A stretch of DNA of 64,000 nt from Octopus sinensis (GCF_006345805.1 NC_043015.1:5394001-5458000); one strand, 5' to 3'. Counted from the stretch's first letter, positions 1 to 13,233 are shown. Notes: generated by a model not told the origin, from the letters alone. Made by a program: numbers and translations.

Positions 1-984
1 TCAAGCATTACGCTATATAACAAAAATATTTTACATTTTCGTTTTATATCCTGAAGAGTTTTATTTCTCAATATAATCTTCCTAATATCTAGAAGCGATC
101 TTGATTCTCTCGAAATTTTGCTATTGTGATGTCGGTTATAACTTCAAATTTCTCTCTGTAAAGAACTTTTCGGATACAGATAAATTCTTTCATCTGTAGT
201 TGATAGAATTGTTCATTTTTTTACTTTAGCGAAATTTGAAAAACAAATTTCTGAGATATTGAATATTATATAAATGCCAAATTCTTAAGCGTATCATTTC
301 AATTTTGTTGCGACTACCTAAGTAGATAGCACTATCGTTATTATCACAGTATATGCGAAACTGTTACATTCATCTGACTCATTCATTTTGCCAATCTGTG
401 AAGTCAAGATTGAAAAAAATATGCTATGACAGCATTACTTAATATGTTTGAGGGTTGCATGATTTAATATACCCTCCCATGTGGACCAACAACAAAACTC
501 GGTAACTCGTTTTGGCCATGAGAATACTGACCGAGGGGAAAAAATAAAAGACGAATGTATATTGCAGGGAAGTTATTCATTTTCATTCCCTGAAAACTTA
601 AAATTCATGTTATGGCAACCGAACAGAATACTGAAAGTTTTCATACAAATATAGTGTCCCAGGTAAAATATATTCGTTTTTTGTTAATAAATATTTGTGT
701 ATGTTGGAAGGTTCTTTGGTAGAAAGTTACCGAATGGAATAAACATTTCTGCACTGCATCATGCACTAACAAAATGCATAAGGTCTCTAACCCTTTAGCT
801 TCTTAATGATTATTTTGAAAAATGCGAGGTTTGCCTATGACAGTACTCTAATACATAGAGGGTGACAGTAACAATTATTGTAAATATCACCTACCAAAAA
901 CGCTGTTTTCATTGCTAAACAGCCCATTTCCAGCATGCCTTTGCCAATAATATTGACCTGTTAGAAAGCACTGAAAATGAACGG

Positions 985-1570
985 ATAAAGACTTCATGAA
1001 GTTGACACCTTCAAGTAATTAGGATTCACTTTGAACAAAGACGGCAGATCTCAAAAGGAGAAAGCAACAAATTCTGTGTAGCGTCTGTTGCCGTGACGAA
1101 ACTGAAGACAATATGGAGAACCAAATCCATTAGTTTTCCACAAAGACTCAGAGTGTGCAAAAGTGCGGTTACTTCGATCCTTGTGTATCGATTTGAAAGA
1201 TGGACTCTTCCAGTGGAGTGAAATATCCGAGTATTTGAGCATACGTGATTCAGATGGCTGCGCACGTCCTGCACAGAACACAAAACAAACAGTTTTGTCG
1301 AGCAGGAAATCTACAAATATGCTGGCAGACAGGAATTAATCCTTGCGCTAGTAAAGAGACAAATGCTTGCCTGGTACGGTCATGTATTCGGCCAACTATT
1401 TGTCCAAAATCATTTTTCAAAGCACGGTGGAGGGAGAGCGAAAGAGAGGCACACAAACAAAAACTTGGTTTGACAACATCAAGAATTGAACAGGTGAACA
1501 AACACCGAACCTGCTGCGCGTTACAGAGAAAAGAGACCAGTGGCGAGGCTGACATCGTGAGCGTCTTGAG
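985..1570 (+). mobile_element. RTE-clade LINE, degenerate 3' ORF fragment
   Basis: Manual translation across stops/frameshifts: EVDTFK*LGFTLNKDG... TKLKTIWRTKSISFPQRLRVCKSAVTSILVY... EHKTNSFV... LALVKRQMLAWYGHV... KTWFDNIK, the typical RTE post-RT C-terminus. Confidence 0.85.
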
Positions 1571-2584
1571 TGGAACCACAAAGACAGGATATTGCTGATG
1601 ATCTAATGTTACATTAGAAAAGAACAGTGTACATATTGGGGCCGATATGTTCCACTGTAACCGTTCAATGTGTTGCCCCATTATAGCTGCACTGTAGGGA
1701 CAGTAACAAGTAAAATATACAAGATATGTATTTATAGGTATGTTCATATATGTAAGTGCGTATGTATGCGTCGTTGTACATGTGAGGTTGTCTGTGTGAC
1801 GTAATGTGTCGCAACCTCATCAGACCATCCGCATTTTAGAAAAAGCTATTTACATTTTGTTCACAGGACGCTAATATGGATGTCGCACATGGTCGTGGCC
1901 CCTATATTTTAAAGGACGCTTGGTTAAATTTACGAGAACACCTTGGCAGTATGAAAAGGTAAAAGGCAAATTGCTCAATTGTATGTTGCCGTTTATACAA
2001 TGAATAAATTTACAAAATTTATTCGACAATCTCATATGGAATCCAACCGTGGAATGAAGAAATCTTAATATTTACAGAATGTATTGTTTATCGATGGCCT
2101 GCAGAATATTACATGAACAGGGAGAATAATCGATGGAATACACTGAAACAGAACAAACGCACCAATGGCCTACATTTCTTTTTTTTTTCTTTATGGCAAG
2201 GCCCCTAAAGAATTTAAGAAGGGATAATTTCTGTACGCTTTATATTTTAGTGCACAGCGACATTGCTATGTGTGTGTGTATGTATGTATATGTACGCACA
2301 TATGCTTAAATACAAGCGTATGAGCGTGAAAAAATGATTGTAACACTTGAAATCCATTTCAAATAAATAGTGGCATTGTGCTATGCCATATTGTCACACC
2401 TATGGTCCTTTTTTCTGTTGGAACAGAGGAAATTAAATAATTTATTTCAGGTATAACGTGAGTGATGAAATGGCGAGATACAAGGGTAAACGCCATATGT
2501 AATCATATTCATATCGTGGTTTAAAACTTTTGCACATGGCCAGGGCGGTTTAAATCGGATTTTAAGGACGGTTTAAATCGAATA

Positions 2585-2735
2585 CACCAAACCCAGCATT
2601 CAGCCGCTACTTATTTTATCGAACACGATAAGAAAAAATGGCAAAGACGACCTCGGCGAAATTTGAACTCAGAACATGAAGGCAGACAGAAGACCGCTAA
2701 ATACTTTTCCTAGCGATTCTACCATCTCGTCACCT
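2585..2735 (-). mobile_element. SINE family B, degenerate copy
   Basis: Reverse complement aligns to the copy at 46878-47110 (ctgagttcaaatttcgccgaggtcg... motif). Confidence 0.7.
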
Positions 2736-2889
2736 TAATCCGTGTTCTAATATTTTTGTGTAACAATATTAACTAACATTTATCAAGTGCTAGATTATAT
2801 CGCATAGTGATTCCGATTATCGGCCTATGTGCATGGCAGAGACACAATCTCTGTGATCAATCTATCGTTACTTTAGCAACATTATACTC

Positions 2890-3018
2890 ACATACACACA
2901 CATCTATTTACGTGTGTATATAGGTATATACATACACATATATATATATATCCATATATACATACACATATATATATATATATATATACACCACACATAT
3001 TTCTATAATGCATATATA

Positions 3019-3074
<56 letters not shown>

Positions 3075-3516
3075 ATATACATGCACACACACACACATAT
3101 ATATCAGGTTCCAAAATTCCTCCACTCCATATTTGGCTATTCCAGCTTTAATATAAGTAGGGGGTCACGAAGCAATGTTAGTGACATGACCTTGTACACC
3201 CATGCAGAATATAGCAAAGGAAATATTGTAATTTATAAAAGACATGATTCTTTTTTCCTTTTGTCTCACGGAAATAAACGGAATTATGTTCCTTCTGAGA
3301 GTAGGAGATATATAAAATATACATGCGTGTGCGCACGCATACACATACACACGCAAACACGCGCGTACAGACTCAGAGACTCGCACACGATCACATGTAT
3401 ACAATATCACATATATAAACCTAAATATATATATATATATATACACATATGTATTGAGTGTGTGAGGGTATCTATCAATCTATATATATATGTATATATA
3501 TATATACATATATATA

Positions 3517-3559
<43 letters not shown>

Positions 3560-3634
3560 TGGATAGATAGATACTCACGCACACACACACATACATATAT
3601 ATATATACACCACACATATTTCTATAATGCATAT

Positions 3635-3687
<53 letters not shown>

Positions 3688-3700
3688 GCTTGTATGAACA
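2890..3700. repeat. Compound (TA)n/(CA)n/(GA)n microsatellite cluster
   Basis: Directly visible dinucleotide runs. Confidence 0.95.
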
Positions 3701-5242
3701 AACATTCACATACGTATATACATTTGTATACAACTATTTCTATATCGTGCATCTATGGTAATGTTTTGAATATAATCAATGCTTTACAGGATTGCATCAG
3801 GAAAATTATACAGCGTTGTGTATTGTATAGAAACATCATAATCTTCTCAGAGGAGAAGCGATAAAGTAGTACTTTCCAATTCTAATACATTATGCAACCA
3901 ACAACTCAGTATTTCTTTGACACAAGATAATCATGCTGCAGAGCTTTGTCCGTATACTTTATCTAAAGAAATCTTTGTGATACTTACATGCGTAATGTCA
4001 ATATGCCTTAATCTGACATATTTCCTATACTATTTATGTAAATCACAAAACTTTACTGGTTCTTATCGTAAATATTACATGTTAACGAAGACAGGTGGAA
4101 TGCTATTATAAACCACTCCTTATAGTTTCAGCTTTGCATTGAATATATGTTAAGGCAACGAATATCCAATGTACTCACAATCTAAAAGGTCAGTTCAAAG
4201 ACCGTTGTGTCGAAATTTGTAGCTGTCATGTTTACGTCTTTCGTTTCTGTGATATGGTTTTATGGATTCTAATCTATTTTCATACTCCATATGTTTCCAT
4301 TGAATACGTTCATCCCTTATAACTTGTGAAGATACCGTATGAAGAAATACGATGAACCAGCATGAAATGGTCGCTGTTAATGGCATCTACTTTACAGAAA
4401 CTTTAAGCAAACCGATGCTTTAAGGTTGATACCGAACATTTTCAACACACTGGATAATATCTAAAGACGGAAGTATATCAAAGAAAAACAGTTAATAACT
4501 TTCAACCTGATAACCTTTTTACTTCGCAAAATGTGATTCATATTCTTGTAAATGAGAAGACATGCATTCATTGAATCGTACGCGTAATGTCCATATTATA
4601 CACTCTTCTCTTTTATAATCAAATGTATAGAGGGCAAAGTTACAGAAAAATCTATGCTGCTAAATTTACACGCACACAATGCAACACACTAATGTAAATT
4701 AATAAACACAGCGCTATTATCATTAATGATTCCACAGTGAAAGTAGTGGGCGCTGTCGAAATTTCAACAACTTGTAAGGAAGGAATATCATACATTTCAC
4801 GCCACACACATTTATTACATTCAGGAAGTTACTGAACTGCAGAAATTCATACTTCTTCTAAACTGAATTAAGATAAATCCTCAGAACACAAATGCATCTA
4901 TTGTACATATGGCTGTAGGTATATTTAAAGCCGTATATGAAATTAAATATATGATTAATTATATGTACAAACGGCTGTATGTATATATATATATAGAACT
5001 TTATTATCGGTCACAAAGAACATCTATACACCCTCACCCACATGGTTGACCGATGCCTGACCTGTTGAATTCTTCAGCCACCGGTTCTCAACATACACTG
5101 ATAAACAGTTTCGCCATGGGCTCTTAGGAGCACAGTTCGATTTGTTTTTTGCTCTGCCTCTGTTCTGTTTTTGTTTTTCCAACGGATTTCCTTTTTTCTT
5201 CCTGAAGAGAAAGACACAATATGGTCCCATTATTCAATCGGA

Positions 5243-5491
5243 TTTTGGTAATTTGTGCCTTTCGAAACACGTGTAGAATGAAATAAAACGATTTCTGTTC
5301 AATCTGCGTTCAGCTCCATTTCTTCAATTCACCAATAATGTTTTAATTTCAATTATCCGCACCAACGCACGGTTGCAACGCCAGATGGTTGTACCTCCAA
5401 CCGTGCTGTTCACTGGTGTGATTTTTGCTACTAAGGTATCGGTTAAACTTTTGATTAATCTACTACAAGATTATTCATCTTTCTATTTCAC

Positions 5492-5495
<4 letters not shown>
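5243..5495 (+). mobile_element. (TA)n-adjacent short repeat carrying the 3' half of a hammerhead-like motif; same family as 60134-60471
   Basis: Near-identical reverse complement of 60134-60383; contains GAAAC-ACGT-GTA; ends in a (TA)n run. Confidence 0.8.
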
Positions 5496-5548
<53 letters not shown>

Positions 5549-5551
<3 letters not shown>

Positions 5552-6400
5552 GCTGAGTAAAATGTATGCAACGTGTTTAAACATGAAGTTTATCACAATG
5601 TATTTTAACAATGTGGTAATTGTTTTCATCAAAGTAAGTTACAAGTTTGTTTATTCCGGTAACATAAAAATCTGGAGTTCTGGAGCTGATGAACACTTTG
5701 AACGCACTTTCAGCAAAGATTTAATATTTGAACACCTCTTGCAGGAAACCACTAAAAAATTGGTAGTAGGTATGAGAAAGATCTGTGGAATACGCTGGGA
5801 GGGGAAGTACTTCGTAGCCAAGATTCCTCAACATCTGGCGCGTTATTAGTGAAATGTGTGGCCGAGCATTATCATGAAGAATGAGTCTATTGACCAGAGT
5901 AGTATCATTTGTTCGTTCATTTTGGCAATTTCACGGCAATAAGTGTCTGCTGTAAAGGTTTTTAAGAAGTTCTAGTGAATGAGTCCAGTAGTACACAATC
6001 AATCAGTCACCATAACCTTCTTTTTGAAGAGCACGGATTTAGTGGGTTTTTTTGGTGCTTCATTTTGGCCCAAGCACTCCGAATAAATTGTTTTGCTATT
6101 GCATATAATTCACTTTCCATTACAAGTTACAATACTGTCGAGAAACGTATCGGTCTGGTGACGGAGAATAAGTAACGAGCAAATTTCATATCTGGTCATT
6201 TTCTGATTTTCATTCAAATTGTTTCGTACACATTTGTCGAGCTTTTTGGATTTTCCCATCACATGCAAATTGTTTCAGACAGTTTTCTGGCAAACAGGAA
6301 GTTCTTTTGCCAGTTCTCGAGTTGTTACCGATAAAATAAGTACTGGGATCGATATTCTTCCACTAAAAGCGCTATCAATGTGGCTGAAACAAATAAAAGA
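5549..6400 (-). mobile_element. mariner transposase relic
   Basis: Minus-strand translation: TTRELAKEL... FLDSIVTCNGK*I... KKKVMVT... LHDNARPH... [16 protein letters not shown]... PDFYVTGINKLV; multiple stops/frameshifts. Confidence 0.85.
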
Positions 6401-6597
6401 ATAAAGCAATAAGATAATATATATATACTGGTTGGTAACATGAAACCAAGTGATATTTCTCAACAAAACTTAATATAATCAACCATGCACAACACTACAT
6501 ATCGCAACCCAAAATAAACAAACGTTACATGGAATATTAATCACGATGCTCAAATTTTAATCATATGTGTACATATATATCTATCTATCTATATATA

Positions 6598-6809
6598 GGG
6601 TTCAAGAAGTCTTTGGACAGATTCCTTCAAGAAATCCCGGATAAACCCCCTACACCCGGATATGTCTCTGTAAACAATAACTCTGTACTTGAGTGGGCCA
6701 TAGTGCCCAAATTCTGACTTGAAAGACTTCACCAGGTGGTGCTATTAAGTTAGACATGGCCTGGGCCAATAATGGCCGAAACCTATCAAAGTATCAAAGT
6801 ATCAAAGTA

Positions 6810-6810
<1 letters not shown>
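6598..6810 (+). mobile_element. CR1-like LINE 3' end (ORF2 C-terminus, 3'UTR, short-repeat tail)
   Basis: 6598-6717 reads GFKKSLDRFLQEIPDKPPTPGYVSVNNNSVLEWAIVPKF*; followed by a (tatcaaag)x3 tail; second copy at 19992-20192. Confidence 0.7.
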
Positions 6811-6844
<34 letters not shown>

Positions 6845-6862
6845 ATATATATATATATATAT

Positions 6863-7073
6863 AGTTAATACCAACATGAACACACCAAGAGAAAACACAA
6901 CTACGCGAGGACGTGGAACAAATATAGTATTATTGGACGTTCAGGAAGGAAGGTAGGGAGGAGGATTTTAAGTTTCGAGCGGAACTCTTCGTCGGAAACA
7001 TAGGAGAGGGAAAGATCCAGAGAAGGGAAGACGGAGGGAAAAAAGATCGCCAACGGCACACACGCGGTCATAT
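6863..7073 (-). mobile_element. Microsatellite-flanked short element with degenerate hammerhead-like core
   Basis: Minus strand 6999-6965: GTTT CCGACGA A GAG ttccg CTC GAAAC TT AAAAT; bounded by TA-rich runs. Confidence 0.55.
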
Positions 7074-7131
7074 CTATCTATCTATCTATATATATATATA
7101 TAATATACATATATTTTCGACTTAATTATGA

Positions 7132-7537
7132 CTGACCCATATGGGACGATGCTACTGTAGTTTATAGCCCCAGGAAGACATCTCCTCCGGCTGGCGAACA
7201 ACAGTCTATGCCCGATCGGCATTTGTGAAGGGAAATCATCGTTCCCATATCTAGCCTTACGTGATAAGTGATTGTCACACGCTGATGATTGGTTACTATT
7301 CAGAAACCCGGGTCCATGTGTATATACATTTATATACAGACACATACGCACGTGATACATATGGACCCAGGTTTCTGAGTAGTAAACCGTCATCAGCGAG
7401 TGACAATCACGTATCACGTAAGGATAGAGATGGGAACGATGATTTCCGATCGGGCGTAGACAGTGTGTTGTTAGCCAGGTGGAGGAGATATCTTCCTGGG
7501 GCTATAAACTAAAGTAACGTCGTCCCATATGGGTCAG
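7132..7537. repeat. 406-bp imperfect palindrome (about 185-bp arms) with a hammerhead core in each arm
   Basis: 7132-7320 is the reverse complement of 7358-7537; CTGATGA...GAAAC-CCGG-GTC on + (7282-7314) and CTGATGA...GAAAC-CTGG-GTC on - (7396-7364). Confidence 0.9.
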
Positions 7538-7603
7538 CCACATTTAGGTGGAAAATATACTTCACGATCTAAACTAACTATGAATTAACCATCCTCTCAC
7601 ACC

Positions 7604-7655
7604 GTCTCCGATGAAGGGATATCATTATTAAACATCCTGGAAACAGCTGTAGGAC
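7604..7655 (+). ncRNA. Minimal type-I hammerhead-like motif (U4>C variant)
   Basis: gtct CCGATGA agggat-loop-atcctg GAAAC AGCT GTA ggac; palindromic AGCT loop; stem I gtct/ggac. Confidence 0.55.
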
Positions 7656-7730
7656 CTTCTATCTATAAATATTCTAATATCTACACAACCTTGGTTTTTT
7701 TTTTATCTCATTAAACACAAAAATATTATA

Positions 7731-7899
7731 TAGGCGCAGGAGTGGCTGTGTGGTAAGTAGCTTGCTAACCAACCACATGGTTCCGGGTTCAGTCCCACTG
7801 CGTGGCATCTTGGGCAAGTGTCTTCTGCTATAGTCACGGGCCGACCAATGCCTTGTGAGTGGATTTGGTAGACGGAAACTGAAAGAAGCCTGTCGTATA

Positions 7900-7936
<37 letters not shown>

Positions 7937-8176
7937 ATATATATATACATATATATACATATATGTGTGTGTATGTGTGTGTGTTTGTCCCCCTAGCACT
8001 GCTTGACAACCGATGCTGGTGTGTTTACGTCCCCGTCACTTAGAGGTTCGGCAAAAGAGACCGATGGAATAAGTACTGGGCTTACAAAGAATAAGTCCCG
8101 GGGTCGATTTGCTCGACTAAAGGTGGTGCTCCAGCATGGCCGCAGTCAAATGACTGAAACAAGAAAAAAAAAAAAA
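7731..8176 (+). mobile_element. SINE family A (tRNA-like head, internal TA/TG microsatellite)
   Basis: Head aggcgcaggagtggctgtgtgg...ggttcagtccc, ttgggcaagtg core, internal microsatellite, 3' end aaatgactgaaacaag; many copies in window. Confidence 0.9.
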
Positions 8177-8894
8177 GATACATATATATACATATATGAT
8201 ATGTATGTGTGTACGTGTATGTATTTCCTTCTATCAGCTCGCACATAAATGTTTGGGTCTATATATACAAGTAGATTTGCGTTTATGTCTATTTGTATAC
8301 CACTATGTATAACGAAAATTGAAGAAAAAGTGCAAGCAGCTATAACAGAAGGAAAAGCAAACAAGCATACACACAACCATTGCGTACAAACAACAAAACC
8401 GCAACACAGTCACACACATGATTATATTCATTTACTAGCTATATTCAAATAGGAAGTAAATCTATAAATACAATTGCAGGTTGTGCAGTTGTATTATTCA
8501 ATAGGAAACATGCATACGGTGAATGCGTACCTTCTTGTATTACATCTTGTTCGTCTGTGAGAATTAACATACATTTGAAAATGCAGTGTTTCAAGGAGGA
8601 ATCGAATAAGTCATTGAAGTCGGTGCTCGGCGAAAGAAAATATTTGAGAAAATACACGTTAACAACTAATTATATATGTGTGTATGTGCGCGCGTGTTTG
8701 TGTGTATATGTGTGCGCCTGTACGTGTGTGTCTGTGTGTGTGTTTGTACGTGTCATTTGAAATTAGCCGTAGGACACATAAATCCACTTATCCGGATTCC
8801 ATGGCGTCAACCGAATGCATATCTCTTGTAGGCCCTATGTATGAGTGTGTCTTTGTACAACATATATATATATATATTATATATATATATCAAT

Positions 8895-8943
<49 letters not shown>

Positions 8944-9086
8944 CATACATATATATATGTGTGTCTATGTATATATATATATATATATTATATATATATA
9001 TATATGCACATTCATGACTTCCATATATCACTATAATCATACACGCATTTGGATTTATGTGTTTGTACATATATTCATACATATAC

Positions 9087-9131
<45 letters not shown>

Positions 9132-10066
9132 TACATGTATACATCCATATATAAATATATATATATATACATATATATATATGCATATATATATATACGT
9201 ATATATACATATATATGTATGTATATGTGTATGTATGTATAATGTAATTTGACAATATTCCTAAATCATTAAAATAAATTTAAATCTTATTTCCATAAAA
9301 TAGCCCCAATTTTTTTTCTTCTATCGCACTCGTTTGCATCAATATCGTAAATGAAAACCGGCCGTGGTTTTCTTCAAATATTTTCCGCTTTATAGTTTAT
9401 ACAAACTCGTCCAACATTATGGTTTAATCGCTAATGTAAAGCTATATTACTGTCAATCTTATTTCTTTAAATGCATCCATTTGGGGAATAAAATCCACAA
9501 TTCAATAACTGGTTTTCTATTCAGATATATCATACAATTTAAATGTTTAAAGATATGATAAGCAAAGAAAGCAAACAGCAATGAAATACATAACATCATG
9601 CGGGTTATTTGATCTAACAAGCTGTATTAACTAAATCAAATCAAATTACAAATATGAATGGCAAAGCAAAACAAACAAGGAAAGCATCAAATGCGAATGT
9701 AATATTAGAACGCTATGTAATAGTAAGCAGTATGTTTTCGAAGCCGATTGAGGATTGTAATGAAATGTCTAAAAAGGAGAAATTTCCAGTAACTCAACGT
9801 TAAGAATTAAAGTTAATTAATTGATGTATCCTGGATGTTTCTATTTCTTAGTTAAAATCATTGCATTACATGAAACCTAATATCTTCAATACACTGATCT
9901 CTTAAACCACGTTTGACATACACACTGTCATTTGTGAATTGAAATTTAATTAATATCAACCTACTTCACATGAAGTGAACGTGTATAGACACACATATAT
10001 AAATGTATGCTTCGTGGCAGACATATGCGTACAGGAACGCACACATATACAAATATAGAAATATAT

Positions 10067-10100
<34 letters not shown>

Positions 10101-10266
10101 TCCTATATATGCATGTATGTATATATATATATACATATATATGTTCCTATATATGCATGTATGCATATATATATATATATATATATATATAGCTGTGTGT
10201 ATATATGTATGTCTATACGCACACAGACACGTGAACCGGCTATCACATCCAGGCATTATTAATATC

Positions 10267-10282
10267 GGTAGTAGTAGTAGTG

Positions 10283-10317
<35 letters not shown>

Positions 10318-10372
10318 TGTAGTAGTTGGTAGTAGTTGTTGTTGTAGTAGTAGTGTAGTAGTAGTAGTAGTA

Positions 10373-10428
<56 letters not shown>
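10267..10428. repeat. (AGT)n trinucleotide microsatellite
   Basis: Directly visible. Confidence 0.95.
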
Positions 10429-10429
<1 letters not shown>

Positions 10430-10431
10430 TT

Positions 10432-10652
10432 TTAGAGTGAGAGAGCAGTGCATGTCATCAGTTAGCAATAAACAAAGCTCAATATACCCATCATGACTAC
10501 CCCTCTGTTAATGTTACACCATGCGCATGCATCACAACTATATGTGCCCGACACGATGACCTCATATCGAGATTAACAGCGCGTGAACTTGCAGGTGGAG
10601 GCTATAAAATGTGTTCTGATGCGAGTAGACCACCCCACTCAGAAGGTCCCTG
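10432..10652 (-). mobile_element. Probable LINE 3'UTR or SINE tail fragment ending ...gcactgctctctcactc before the (TAC)n run
   Basis: Recognised as a retroposon-type 3' end followed by a triplet tail; family assignment uncertain. Confidence 0.4.
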
Positions 10653-11580
10653 ATTATTGTTATTATCTTATTGTCTTTCTACAGCTTCTAACACTGGAGA
10701 TGTACTACGGCGTCAGCTGTTCACCACCACTGTACTAAGGTAGCACCCCTTAGTTTTCGAGCACCATCCGGAGTATTCTAGTGATTCCAAGCAGTGCTGT
10801 TTTCTACAAATTCTTCACCTTTATTGCAGCCCATATTTGTTCTATGTACTTCTCAAAACTTTTACTCACTGTTCCCAGTGCTCCCACAATTATTGGTACT
10901 ACTACCACCTTTCTCATCGACCACAACTGCTTAACATCACAATCTAATCTGTCATATCTATTGACTTTTCCTTCTTCCTTATCGCATAATTCTCATCTGG
11001 GCATGCTATATCTATGATCTAGCATGTTAGCTTTCTTTTTCAATTAACACTATGTCTGGTTTCCTATTCTCTATCTCATGGGGGCACTGAATCGCAATAT
11101 CCCATAGTATCTTTGCATTATCCTTTTCGATGTTGCCTTTTACTCTGTCAAGCCGATACTTTCTGCAAAGTGTGCAATGGACAATCCTTCTATATTGTCA
11201 TGTCTTCTCTTATATTTTTTCTGGGTTAGTGGGGTACAATGACTGGTATTATTCCATACGGTTTCACCATTCAACAAATTCTGTACTTATCAATTTCTGA
11301 TGTGTTGTCAATTCCGTATTTGATGGAATTTACTCTTAATGCTTGCACTTGGACTGCGCAGATTAGAGCCTCCGTTTCCGGTTTTAAATCACTTTTAGTC
11401 ATCCATAGTCATCTGTTTTCTCTGTCTGTCTTATCTTCAACATCCGTATGAAATTGTCCATGCATTCTTTCATTCTCAGGTGCTTGTACTGCACATGCTT
11501 GATCTCCTTCCTTCCAGTAATAACGGTTCTATGGCATTTTTTACAATTGTTTTCTTCTGCTCTAATGCTAACACATGGGC
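10653..11580 (-). mobile_element. Dong/R4-clade non-LTR retrotransposon, C-terminal (zinc knuckle region and restriction-like endonuclease) fragment
   Basis: Minus translation: RMHGQF... WMTKSDLKPETEALICA.Q.QALR... YKRRHDN... KILWDIAIQ... RKPDIVLIEKK... VVVPIIVGALGTVSK... KTALLGITRILRMVLE; TAA-like tail near 10653-10670. Confidence 0.85.
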
Positions 11581-11689
11581 CGCCCCACTCCGTATAAATT
11601 CTCCCCGAAATCTACTCCGCACCTCTGAGAATTTTTACGTTTTCCTCTATTTGTTTTGACTTACTTCCAATCAAAGTTAGTAATAACTC

Positions 11690-12480
11690 TTGTAGATCTA
11701 TCAAATTGATGTTGTTGGTAGGTGTCTGGTCTTCCTTGGGAGCTTCTTTTCTGCTCGCTGCTGGGGTTGTGTTTGTTGGTTTTTGTGCAGTAACAGCTGT
11801 GGTATACTTTCCCCGGCCTACTTGTTTAGCTGTGATTTTTCGTTTGGTAGAGGGTGGCCGTTTGCTGCGAGTTCTGATGGACAGCAGTTTCTAATGTGAC
11901 ACTTCTTCCTACACTTATAGCATTTGGGTTTTGGCTCCTTCACCATAACTCGTACTGCTGTTCCGTTGGGAAATTTTATGAGATGAGGGATCTCTTCAAA
12001 AACTTTTTGAGCTGCCTGGCTTATAATCTCTAGCACATGTTCCCATCAGTTTTGCTGGTGTAGCTTGGTGGCTTGTACTGTTTTCTAGGTCCATTACGAC
12101 AGCTACCACGAGCTACACCGTATTAACCTCTGGTGGAACCTCCCCAAATTTTATCATTGATGTTCTTTTCCCATGTAAGTAAGAAGGAGACCTAGTTCGA
12201 TGACTTTTAGAGACACTGTGGATAGTTCTTTGGCTTCCTCTTCTGAGCCAAATCGAACTTTCTCAGCGCCAAGTTTCTTTCCTTTAGCTACGTAGGAGGT
12301 TTTTATCCAAATGGGATGAAGACATTTTTCAATGAGTTCTTTGGATATATGCTGAATATTTTGTTCTTTGTAGAAAGAGTTTCGTAAATAATTATTCTGC
12401 GTGTGGTACTTAACATAATTTCACTGGAAGTGGTCAGGTTTACATTATTACAGACTCTCTGTACCATGCATTTAATTTTT
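11690..12480 (-). mobile_element. L1/Tx1-like LINE ORF1 (gag-like, CCHC knuckle) relic
   Basis: ORF 11818-12036 ends in PKCYKCRKKCHIRNCC (C-x2-C-x4-H-x4-C); upstream frames give GKRTSMIKFGEVPPEV and VRFGSEEEAK (RRM-like). Confidence 0.6.
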
Positions 12481-13190
12481 TTCTTAGGTTCAATTTTTCG
12501 TGATTAAGTTTAGCGACCGAGACGAAGCCACGACTGTCGATTTTAGTATTAATTGGGCATTTGTTAATATTGTGAATGGTGTTTGCAATATTAGAATTCG
12601 CATAGTTCCATAATTACTGTGCTTTGTATCTCCTGCCCCTCCTCCTCTCTCTTTCTCTCTCTCTCTCTCTTTGAGGTAGAGGCGGAAAGGCCTCTACCTA
12701 ACATTTTGGTAAGGGGGTGTTTTCATTTTTTTGCTTTGATTCCATATTTCTGTGAGCAGTGTATTCTTACGTCAATTTGGTCTGTCCATCCGACCGATGT
12801 GTGGCAGGTCACCTCCACACGGGCAAACCTTCTTGGTGCAGCTTTACGACAACCGTTAAGCGAGATCAGTTTCAAAAATAAAACAAGAGCAGCAAAAGTA
12901 CAAAAAGGTTCATAAACATCGAAACAAGTACTAAATTGATACCGGTGGCGTATCGTGAGTTAATAAAAAAATTTTATTCAACAGATTCCACTCTCAGATT
13001 CACTGACTTATTGCAGCGGTCGTGCAGGTTACCTCAGCACTGCCAAAGAACTCGGAAGTGCGGGCCTTAAATCGATACCCTTAAATCCAGGAATGTTTGG
13101 TCATCCTCTCGTATATGCATATATATATATGTTTGTATGTATGTACATTTCTCTCTCTCTCTCTCTGTATATATGTGTGTTTGTGCGCGC

Positions 13191-13233
<43 letters not shown>

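Noticed and set aside
5373-5849. 158-aa plus-strand ORF
   Set aside because: Chimera of a repeat fragment, (TA)n and the antisense of a mariner relic.
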